A stretch of DNA of 64,000 nt from contig CP000071.1 of NCBI GenBank assembly GCA_000002445.1, forward strand, positions 1,184,001 through 1,248,000. Reading direction: 5' to 3'. The translations under genes were made by a program, and so were the position numbers. Below, piece after piece: positions 50,854-61,520 of the stretch. The first letter of the stretch is position 1. Every line of letters begins with the position of its first letter. Below the pieces are notes generated by a model, which had not been told where the DNA came from, did no database searches, and was given only the letters and a program-made list of their open reading frames with translations. The stretch is from Trypanosoma brucei. Its lineage: Eukaryota.

Positions 50854-51549
50854 TTACTCCCCAGTAAAAATGTTATATGTTTGACGGTTTGCATGACCTG
50901 CACCCGGGCGAAAGGAGCGGTACGCCACCGGCTGGCACGTGGGCGCTTCGGCTTTTGGTTCCATCACACCGCGGCGAACACCAGCCGGTGCAATTTGTTT
51001 TTTTATCGGTTCAGTTGGTTGTTTTTCTGCTTCTTCCTCCTTTTCTTCTGCTCTGTAATCGACACCACCTCCCTGCTCCACACCATCATCCATTTCAATT
51101 ACGACGCCGTAATATTCATCTTGTGCTTCAACATCTTGAGAGGGATGATGTTCTGCAGTGTTATTATTAACTCCATAATGTTGGAAGGAATGATCTGCTG
51201 CCTCTTCTTCATCTAATTCAGCTCCGTCTTCATCCTCCGTGTGGCAATACTGTTGCTGTTGATGTTGATATTGATATTGATGTTGATGTTTTTGATTACA
51301 CACCCCTCGTATGGGTTCATTATTTTCCTGCTCACCTTTTCTGTGGTCGAATATTTTACCTCCAGCGTAGGCTCCTTGTACGCATGTTGTGTCCCATTTA
51401 AGATCTCCCTGTCCCATCAATTCCTTCATGGTATTTCCACCATTATGTTCACGGTAAAGTCGGCTCTGACGGACACACGGACGCTCGCCGAGTACATTTC
51501 CCTGATTTTGAGTGAGTGAAGGACCTCCCAAATGCCTATGGCCGCTCAT
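50854..51549 (-). CDS. Hypothetical 231-aa protein with a poly-Gln/His stretch and an acidic region. It is an isolated coding island in the AT-rich tract.
   Basis: The ATG was verified. There is a local rise in GC relative to the flanks. The low-complexity content (QHQYQYQHQQQQ) weakens the call. Confidence 0.3.
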   Translation of the reverse strand: MSGHRHLGGPSLTQNQGNVLGERPCVRQSRLYREHNGGNTMKELMGQGDLKWDTTCVQGAYAGGKIFDHRKGEQENNEPIRGVCNQKHQHQYQYQHQQQQYCHTEDEDGAELDEEEAADHSFQHYGVNNNTAEHHPSQDVEAQDEYYGVVIEMDDGVEQGGGVDYRAEEKEEEAEKQPTEPIKKQIAPAGVRRGVMEPKAEAPTCQPVAYRSFRPGAGHANRQTYNIFTGE

Positions 51550-54500
51550 TTGTTCCTCTTCACCTTCTTTTTCTTCTTTTTCGTTTTTTTTTCTCCTCCT
51601 TAACTTTTTTACTTTTACTCTTCTTCAACTATCTTTACTTTGGTGACGGTGATGATATATATATATATATTTAAAAAAATGACACTGAAGTGATCTAGTG
51701 GTGAAAGTACTTTTTTTTTTTTTTGGGGGGGGGTGCGTGTGTGCGTGTTTGTTTGGGAATATTTCTAACCTGTACGTTCGCTGACTGTCTTAATATATAT
51801 ATATATATTTTCAGTTCAGTGTTGTGTTGTGCTGCACTACGCTTCCTTTTTTATTTTATTTTATATGCGCAGTTTTCGCTCTCTTCTCGGGTTTGATGGT
51901 GAATATGTCTACTGTTGCAAGAGCTTCTGTTGTCGTCTGTTGTTGTGTGAATCTTGTGCTAGTAATACTAAAAAAAAAATTAATATTATTTCCTCTCCTG
52001 TTTCCTTTCCTTTCCCTTTTTTTAAAAACAAACTTTTTCTTCGTTTCTTTCTGCCGTTGTTACTGTAATCGTTACTGCTTCTCTCCTGTTTTTTTTGTTC
52101 TGAACGTAACTCAACAAAAAAAAAAGAATGGGAAAGAATGAGAATAAGAACATACACGTGAAGAAAAAAAAAGAAAATAAAACAAAACAGCAACACATCA
52201 AAGCAAAGCCAAGTAAAGAGAGGAAGCGTTAATTATTTTTGAACATACACAAAAATTGAGAAGGAGAAGAAGGGGGAAGGGGGGAATCAAACAAACAAAA
52301 GAAAAAGAAAAGGGAGACAAGGAGGCAGGAAAAAAAAAAGGAACGGCGCCTAATTTTTAAAAAAAAACAACAAAATAACGAATATGACGTTGTTGTTAAG
52401 ATTAGATATTATTAAATATTATTAGTTATAATAATAATATTATTATTATTATTCTTCTTTTTCCTTTTTGATGAAACTTGACAGCGTGTGAGTGCATGTA
52501 GCATCAGATGACGAAACGGAGTTAAAGCTCCAATGAGCAAAAATAAATGAAGAGGGTAAACGAAGGGAACGAGGGAACTAAAAATATAAAGTGAGAACAA
52601 AAACAAAAACGAAACAAAAAAAAGCGAAACGAACAAACACACGCATACACAGGTAAAATAAATTAAAACGAAACAAAACAAAAAAGGGAGAGAAGAAAAA
52701 GAAAGAGAAGAAAAAGAAAGAGAAGAAGGGAAAAGTGTCAGACAGTCACACCACCAAATAGTCAATACGTGAATAAATGTACATAAATGTATAAATATAC
52801 GTGCAGAGATATGTAACGTGCGGCAAATTTAATTGTAAAGTAAAATGTATAAATATGTAAATGTACGTATGCATACGCGTAAATATGAATATATATATAT
52901 ATATGAATATCCTTTCAAATATATGTGGATGTTTTTTTTTGTTTTGCTTTTTGTTATATTTACTTTCACTACTTAATCACGTATGCCCAACGACGAAACA
53001 CTTGCTGCTGGGCAACAGGGGAGGGGGGGGGGAAAAAAACGGTAGCGCGTCACTTGAACTTATTTGATGATGGTGTTCTTCTTTTTCTTTTCTCTTCATA
53101 TTTACTTCCGTTAATTACCCTCTCAGGGTTTCTGCTTTCTTTTTTCTTTCTCGAATTTTCCTTCTTTTTTTTTTGTTGAATTCATACTATTTTCTTTGTT
53201 TGTTTCCTTTACCCCCTCGTGTTTTTTCTTTATTTCTTTATTTTTTTTTAAAAAAAGAAAAAAAACACAACTCTGCTAGATTATTATTATTATTACTGTT
53301 AATTACCATTGTCACACGTGTGTGTGTGTTTGTGTGTTTGTTTTCTTTTTTTCTTTTTCTTTCCTTTCCTTTGTTTATTTTCTCTTTTGAATGGACTTTC
53401 AGCCCATACGAATTAGAAGAGGTGAATAAATCACACCTTCAGCGTAAGTGTTAAATAAAAATAAATAACAAGAGAGATGAATGAGCGAGCTGAAAAGAGG
53501 GAAAAAGTTATTTTACTTTTTTACTTCATTTTGAGTGCGTGTATGCATATGTTTGCTCTTTCTGTTTGTAAGATCATATAAATTGTATACCCATTGTCAT
53601 GAGTTCTAATTCACATAACTTCACTTATTCTCATTTCACAACACATATTCATAAAACATATAAACATATAAATATATAAATATAAATAAATATATAAATA
53701 TGAATAAATAAATATATATTTTTTTCTTTTTTGAGAGAGGATATTTGAGGGGCTGCCATCTCTATAAACACTGAACATATAAATACATAAATTTTACTCT
53801 TCATAACATGAGGCGGAGCGCAACGACGTGAAAACAAATAAATAAATAAATTCATATGTACGGCGTGTTGGGGGGTAACAAACAATTCAAACAAACAAAT
53901 CGTAACGATTATTATAAATGTTATTTTAATAACAATAATAATAATGATACATACGTGTACATATATTTTTTTATGTTTATGTATATATGCACATGTGCCG
54001 TTTCTAGAAATAAGGTACAACACAAAACACACAAAAATAAGAAACCCAACGTCTTTTTTTTTGGTAGTATTTCTACTATTGTGCTTTAATCTTTTCTTTT
54101 TTAAAAAAAAAACCAAAAAAAAAAACACACACACACACAACAAAACATCCCCTACTTATTTATTTTCATTTTATATCCTTCCGCCCATTTCCATCTTTTT
54201 CTTTCTTTTTTTCTTTCCTTCTTTTTTTTTTTTCCTTTTTCCTTATTTAAAGTTGATATCTGTGCCCCGTTACTCTTCTATTTCTCTTTTTCTTTCCCTA
54301 ATGCAGATGAGGACAAGCAAAAGAGAAAACAAAGACATGCTCACAGATATAATCCTTTTTCTTTTTTCCTTTTCTTTTCCTTATTTAATTTTTCTTTCTT
54401 AAATAAATAAATATATATATATATTTATTTATTTATGTTTTTCTTTTATTTTTTCACTTTCCTTTTCGAAAAATATAAATGTGGGACCGACCATTCAAAC

Positions 54501-55234
54501 AAACAAATATTACCATAAAACAAAATCATTGGTATCGGATAATTATTATTTACCACTTGTGTGTGACCGTGGCAGTAGTAACTATTTACTGTTAATATAA
54601 AACCAAACACTAAACATAACAGAAGGGTGGAGAGGGGAGGGGGAGGGAGGAGAGAGGGGGAAGAAAAAAAAAAGAAAAAAGAAGGGAGCAAAAACATATA
54701 CACACAAACAAACAAAAACACCAAAAAGAGAGAGAGAGAAAAAAAGAAAAAAAAAGAAAAGAAAAGAAAAGAAAAGGAAAAAGTTCTGACGTGTCCACCT
54801 CCACCTCCATCTCCATCTCCACCCCATACATTTACACACATATTATAAATAAATGCAAATAAATATAAATATTAAATAAAATATTACCGTATCCCCTGCA
54901 GCTTATACGATGTAAGCAAGGAGTTGGTAAATTTATTACAAGATATAATCAATTGCTTCAGTCATTTCGCTCTTCATGAATACATTCGCCCGCAAGCCTC
55001 ACTGCTTTTGATACTAAAGACTTAAGAGCATAACAAAAATAAAAATAAAAACAACAAAAATGAAGTCATGTCATCATCATCTTATTCTTTCTTTTAAAGC
55101 TTTCTTTCTTTTTGTTTGTTTGTTTGTTTGTGTTTTTTTTTCCCCTTCCCACCAGTTATATCTCCTGCGGTGTACGGGAGATGACGTAATATATAAATCG
55201 TTAAGTCAAATATAACTGGTTTCAGGAACGGTGC

Positions 55235-55258
55235 GTGTGTGTGTGTGTGTGTGTGTGT
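55235..55258. repeat. (GT)12 microsatellite.
   Basis: The sequence reads gtgtgtgtgtgtgtgtgtgtgtgt. A shorter (CA)7 lies at 54125-54138. Confidence 0.85.
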
Positions 55259-58200
55259 GGGAGGGGGAACAAAATATATACAAAAGCACGTAAGCAATAG
55301 CGGAATAAGGAGAAACTCACACGCACATTTCATCAATACACTAAAGGCACATATTTTAAAATTAAATAAATACAAGAAGAATGGATGATAAACAAAACAT
55401 ATGAATGGAAAGAGGAAATGAAAAGAATAAAAACAAAAAAGAAAAGAACGAAATTCAGTTTTTATTTTTTTTCCCCCTTCTGCATACATTCTTCGCTCAT
55501 TGGTGATGATTGCATCCATCACAACTTCTTCAGAGGCATTTATATTCCGCTTTATTTAATGCTATTTGCGAAATTATTTGTGCTTTACGAATGCCGCGAC
55601 AGGAAAAAAAAAAGAAAAAGATTACGACACTCCACCTTGTTTTTTTTTGCTCACAAGGAGCAGAAATTATGTTGTGACAAATATGATGGATATACCCTCC
55701 TCTGAAAGTGTGAAGTACACAAATATAAGAGAAACAAGAAAAAAAAGGGGGGGAACAAAAAAAAAACTAAACTAAAACTGAAAAAAAAGAAAAAAAACAC
55801 ACACAAACACACAAACACACAAACACATAAACACACAAACAATAGGCCAAAAAAAAAACACATATATATTGGCATTGATATGACCAAATATATTGTTAGC
55901 CTAAAGGCAAGGAAGTAATTGAAAGAACCAAATAAAAAAAGATAACGTATGAAAATAAATACAAAAAAAATGGGGGAAATATAAGCAGTCAAATACACAA
56001 ACCCGTTTCACAGGAAGGGGAAACGAAACAAAATGGAATGAAACGAAAGAAACTTCAGCAAAAGGGGAATATATCGTTGATTTGTAGATTATTTCATTTT
56101 TTCCCTTCCTTATTTAAAAGAAAAATACATCTCTGTGTAATATAATGTAATATATATATATATATATATATATATTACAAAAGTTGTGGCGTTCTAATGC
56201 TTTGCTTTCACATCCTTCTCAAATATATAAATATTAACCATTAGCTGATCAACTGTTTTAATTATTTGTTCGTATTATATTTTTGTTCTTCATATAATAC
56301 ACCGTATTTTCATTCATTTATCATGTCATATGCGATGAAATGCCCAAAATATCATGGGGAAAAAATGAAAAATAAAAAAGAAAAGTGATATGAATAAATA
56401 ATTATATACCGTAAAAAAAAAAAAAAGACAAAAACAAAGAAAAAAAAGGAGAAGGTAAAGAAGAGAAGAGGAAAGAGGAAAAAAAAACAAAAACAGCAAC
56501 AATAACAACAGCAAAAGCGGGAGAGGAAACATAAGCATTATTTTCCCACACTAAATAATTTGACGCCGCGAGAAGGCACCAAAAAGCAACATCATCATGA
56601 AGATCAGCTAAATTAAAAAAAAAAACAATACAAAAAACAACGCCACCACCCACCCCCATCAGAAAAAAATGTGTGAATGATATCGTGAAGCGCGGAGACT
56701 CGCACAAGAAAAAAAAAAACGACCCAACAAAAAAAAAAAATGGAAAAACACTCACACGAGCAGTAAAAAAAAAAATTAAAATAAAAAGAAGGTCAATAAT
56801 AAACAAAAGAAAGGATAGAAAAAGGAAAACCAACCATATGTAAAATGAAGTGCGTAAAGAAAAAAGGAAAAAGAAGAAACCCCGTCAATATGAATATAGA
56901 AAACCAAACAACGTAAAAAGGAAGAAACTGAGAGGCGAAACAATATCACTATAAAACAAAACCAAAACAAAACAAAAGATAATAAAACGGAAGAAATGAT
57001 TGAAAGGAACTGGGCGATCTGCATTAAAATGACGGTAGGAAGTCGCTCACACTTCAATTATTTAACTCGAAATTCAATACCCCACGGCCTTTTGTATTTT
57101 TATTTTTCTTCCCTCCCCCCTGTTCTACAAAGCGGAGGCAACACAAACACAAATACAAACACGAATACAATAAAATAAAATAATAATCAAAGGAAAAACA
57201 AAAGCAAGAAGAAGAAAAGATGAAGAAAGGAAAAGACAGCGAGAGAGAAAGAGAGGTAAAGAGAAGGATAGGAAAAATGTTGGGGACACCTTTCAGGCAC
57301 ACACAAAAACAAAACAAAAGCAAGAAAGGACAGAGCAGCAGAAAGGGAAATGAGAAACAAAACATATTTTTTTTCTTTTAAAAAAAAAGCCTGCCCGACC
57401 TTCCTTACCGTATTCCGTTTTTATTAACTTTTTTTAAAATTTATTTTCGATTTATATTTCTTTATTTTCTTCCTCCTCCTCCTCCTCCTTGTTTTCACAC
57501 GTCTCCAACAACAAAACTGAGGTGGCGGGGGATTTGAAAAATTGCACGTGTTCAAAACCGAAAAGCGAAGATCCGGTAAAATCAGAACCCAAAAACTAAG
57601 CAACAAAAAAAAGGGAGGGATTAAAAAAAGAAAAAAAATTGTTATTTTGAAATGGGCGTGAAATGATCGAACACTCAAGGGGAACACTTTGGAATGGAAA
57701 AAAAAAAAGAAAAGAAAAAGAAGTGATTGCTCTAAAGAAGCACAAGATGGTGTCAAAATGACCTTTCAAATCCCCTTCCGTTCCCATTTCCAACATAATA
57801 ATAACAACACATGCGGACGCGACAAAAAAAAGGAAAGACAAAAAACAATAATAAAGAAACCAACAACAAAAAGAACTAAAAAGTAATTTTCATATTGTTA
57901 TTTCATTTCCCCCAAATGTGCCGTGTTTGTCAATACAACTGCCCCTTCTCTCTGCACTGCCTCATCACTCATTCTTCATTTCTTCTTCTTTGTATTATAT
58001 TATATATATATATATATATATTTTCTTTGATGTCAGTTCCCCATTGACCCCAACCCTATAAAAATATATTTGTTTGCTCCCTTCTTTTTCTTTTCTTTTG
58101 TATTTAACTTCGCTCTCACACCAGAGGGTGTGATATGGATATGGAAAGGTAAGACAAACAAACAAGAAAGAGGACCAAGAGGAAACAAAAAGATGAAACC

Positions 58201-59076
58201 CCCAATAATAATAATAGTGGTGATGATGGTAGTAGTAATAAAAATAATAACGGCATATAACTTATATTTCGTTATTACTGTTATTATCACTACTACTACC
58301 ACTATTATTTTCCTTTTCTTTTTTACTTGTCTTCCCACACATACATATATACACACACAAAGACAGCCACTTCTGTCATACCCTCCCTTTCTCTTTCATC
58401 TCTGCAACTTCCTGCAAGAAATCACAGAAAAAAAAGAAGAAAAGCACGAAAGAGACAATTTAATAGTAGTAATAATATTTGTTACTGTTTTTTTTTTTAA
58501 AAAAAAGAAAACTCAACTAAGTGAATGAAAGAGTCGTTTTTTTCTTCCTCTTTTTATTTTTTTTTTGAACTCCGCCAAGCGACAAACTTCAACACGGGTT
58601 GTTTCGATGGGGGAAAGTGGGGAAAGGGTAAAAAAACTGATGGTCCAAAAAAAGTAACCCAAGTAAGAAAACGCACAAAAAAAAATCACGAAAAAGAAAT
58701 ATGCTCCGTGCCATGTGGGCTAGGGATATTTTTCCTCTTTTTTTTTTCTTCCTTTGACTCGTGTCTCTCTTCTTTTATTTTTTCTTGGTTTTTGGTTTAT
58801 TATTTTTTTGTTTTGGTGCATTTTGAATCATATTTCTTATTGCACCAGTAGCACCTCTCTCTTATTTCACATCCTGCTTTCCTCTCCATTTTCAAAAAAA
58901 AAAATCTACCCACAGGAAAGCAAGAATAAATGAGTGAATGAACAAACAAACAAACAAACATATATATATATATATATATGTTGTTCGCCCTTATGCCACT
59001 GGGCCCACACCCATGTTCCGTAACTTCTCAGTTTCTCTTGTTTTTTTTCTTTCATTTTAAGCCTTATCTTTTGCAT

Positions 59077-60960
59077 TCACCCCTTATGTTGCGTTACCAC
59101 GGTGGCCTCATGTACTTCTTCGAGCCATCGGCGTACAAATGTGTGTATTTCCCGTCGCTGCTCTCCCGCCTCATCGGATCCCCTCCGCCAGAAATGAGGA
59201 GAAGCGACCTCATCACTCCCTTGATTGCGGGTCCACATATGCTGAGAGCAACCACCATGAGACATACGTGCCGTTTCCCGAGTTACTGTTGGGTAATTGC
59301 CAAACACTAATGGAGCGTCGTGGGCTGGAACTTGGTTAGAAATATCATACGCCGCCCGAGCCTCCTTGATGTGTTTCGATACAGCGAGTGAGTTTTCTTG
59401 CTTTGCTTTTAACTTCTCAGCATAAACAAACTCCTCGAATGCATATGATGCAGGGGGTTTTGCATTACCGATACGAGCAAAACTCACGTGTTTGGAATCA
59501 GTAGTAGAAGATGATGGCAGTAATTGCAGTGGTGCTTCCTCCTTATGAGGCATTGTGAGAAACTCAACAGGAAATGCCGGATCTGCTTCGCCACCATCAG
59601 TTACCACCGTTACCTCCCGCTCCCCGTCCGAATCTCCATCTGTTGAGGAGCAGCGGTTTATTAACGTTAGGAAACGTTGCACGTTTTCGGACGTTTCGGG
59701 TGGTTTTAAGCCCTTCATACCCATTCCGAAGCAACAAGAGCTGGTAGTAACGATGGAAAGTGCATCAAACACTTTGTAATCTTGATGGTAATCATCATCC
59801 AACCCTACGTAAAACTCGGGACGGTACTCATCCGATCCATCTCTCGCATCACAGTGCAAAGGGCGTTCATACAAGCAATAAGTGCATTCCGCGGTCCTCC
59901 TTCTACGAGGAGAGTTAACATGCTTCAAAGGAATCTCTTGCGCTTCTCCACCCCCGTACCCGCTGTCCTCCAAACAAATAAGACGTGAGCTTTGCAAAAG
60001 CGTGCCTTCCTTTATTGTGTTGGTAGTGCCCTGCAACGACTCAATAGTATTTGGCACTACCGTGGGGATGACTACTTCGCTACCAATTCCAATATATTGT
60101 TTAGATGCATCCTCATCACCATACTTACGATTTGTGTCGTTGGATCCTAAAGTTATGTACCCAACTGTTCGACTGTGGCACGTTTCAGAATTCATCATCT
60201 GCTCGTGCGTGCTATACAGAGTTGGATCTGTTACACTCCCCAATCCGTCCTGAAGTGGCCCGAGTTGTGGGATGGAAGTGGAGAAATCCATATCACCGTG
60301 GGTAGTGCTATTCACTACACTTTCAAATTGTGGGAAAAATGAGGTACACGGCGGTGCTCTATACATTAACAGTCCCTGGGGTACATTTGTTTGCTCCTGG
60401 CGAATATTTGCTCTTGCGGTGGTTACCGCTGAGTGCCATCCATGGTGAACCGTAAGGTGCAGACTGTGGTTTCCCTGTCGATGGTGAATAACACTAGAGA
60501 AATGACCCTCTCCCTGTGGCTGAAGTTGTTTACACTCTCTTAATCCCTGAGTATTTGTTTTTTGGGGCACTCGCTCAGCTGCTGTCCTTGCTGCAGACCA
60601 ATCCCAACGTATGCTGGGACTCTGCTTACAAGGGCTGTCGGTGTCACCGACGAAGTTTGGGAGTTGAGACCACGAAAAAGAAGATTGCTGCATTTGTTGC
60701 ATGATGGGTAGGGTGCTGCTTCGTACGGTTGTTCCTTGTGTTAGTTCCAACATATCCACTGGAAACAACGCGCTGCTGCTAGCTTCCTTATCGGGTCCCT
60801 TCGGTTCCAACATTTCTTCTTTTTTTGTTTTAGATTTGTTATTACTCTCCTCTACCATTTTGTCACCGCTAGAGTGGCGATGCGGACCTGGCCAGTGGGA
60901 GCGTGTAGGGAAACGGCACATGAAGTGCTGCTCAACCAACGATGCAAATAGATCTAGCAT
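59077..60960 (-). CDS. Hypothetical 627-aa protein. It is an isolated coding island within the gene-poor AT-rich region.
   Basis: The ATG was verified. A 1.9-kb ORF with normal coding GC is sharply delimited by (TA)n/(A)n low-complexity DNA on both sides. No domain recognised. Confidence 0.45.
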   Translation of the reverse strand: MLDLFASLVEQHFMCRFPTRSHWPGPHRHSSGDKMVEESNNKSKTKKEEMLEPKGPDKEASSSALFPVDMLELTQGTTVRSSTLPIMQQMQQSSFSWSQLPNFVGDTDSPCKQSPSIRWDWSAARTAAERVPQKTNTQGLRECKQLQPQGEGHFSSVIHHRQGNHSLHLTVHHGWHSAVTTARANIRQEQTNVPQGLLMYRAPPCTSFFPQFESVVNSTTHGDMDFSTSIPQLGPLQDGLGSVTDPTLYSTHEQMMNSETCHSRTVGYITLGSNDTNRKYGDEDASKQYIGIGSEVVIPTVVPNTIESLQGTTNTIKEGTLLQSSRLICLEDSGYGGGEAQEIPLKHVNSPRRRRTAECTYCLYERPLHCDARDGSDEYRPEFYVGLDDDYHQDYKVFDALSIVTTSSCCFGMGMKGLKPPETSENVQRFLTLINRCSSTDGDSDGEREVTVVTDGGEADPAFPVEFLTMPHKEEAPLQLLPSSSTTDSKHVSFARIGNAKPPASYAFEEFVYAEKLKAKQENSLAVSKHIKEARAAYDISNQVPAHDAPLVFGNYPTVTRETARMSHGGCSQHMWTRNQGSDEVASPHFWRRGSDEAGEQRREIHTFVRRWLEEVHEATVVTQHKG

Positions 60961-61469
60961 GGATATGTAATTATATATGATTATATATATATTTTTTTTT
61001 CTTTTTTTTCTTTATATATATATATATACGTATATGTATTTATATATACTATGTGAAAAAATATGTTGTCGTATCCCTCACCCCCTCTCTTTACTAAAAG
61101 AAAAAAAAAGGTGGGTACCAATTCGTCCCTTCGAAATCAAATGGGGTAAAACAAGCAAACAAACAAAAAAGAAGAGGCAGAACAGAGAGTGCGTAATAAC
61201 AGGTTTCGATGCAAAGAGTATACAAGTGGCAAAACCTCAATTTTACTCCCCCCCAAAAAAAAAAATAATAATTCCAAATTGGAGATTCCACTGAAACAAC
61301 GACACCAAAAATAATCTTGGGGCGCTCATTCCGTGCACCACATCTGAAAATATGACATTTATATATGCACTTATATTTGTAAGAAATTGAGTGAATTTGA
61401 AAGGATGTTATAGGGTAGAAGATTACCTACCAGAATTATTTCAGGTGCCAAACCCACCTTAATCATTCC

Positions 61470-61473
61470 TCTT

Positions 61474-61504
<31 letters not shown>

Positions 61505-61520
61505 TATTATTATTATTAGT
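61470..61520. repeat. (AAT)n/(ATT)n inverted trinucleotide repeat block.
   Basis: The sequence aataataataataatactaataataataattattattattattagtatta is nearly palindromic. Confidence 0.8.

Noticed and set aside
54440-54850. ORFs 54446..54841 and 54627..54848, which encode Lys/Glu/Arg-rich or Phe/Leu-rich peptides.
   Set aside because: These are translations of (GAAAA)n / (CTTTT)n simple repeats and are not coding.
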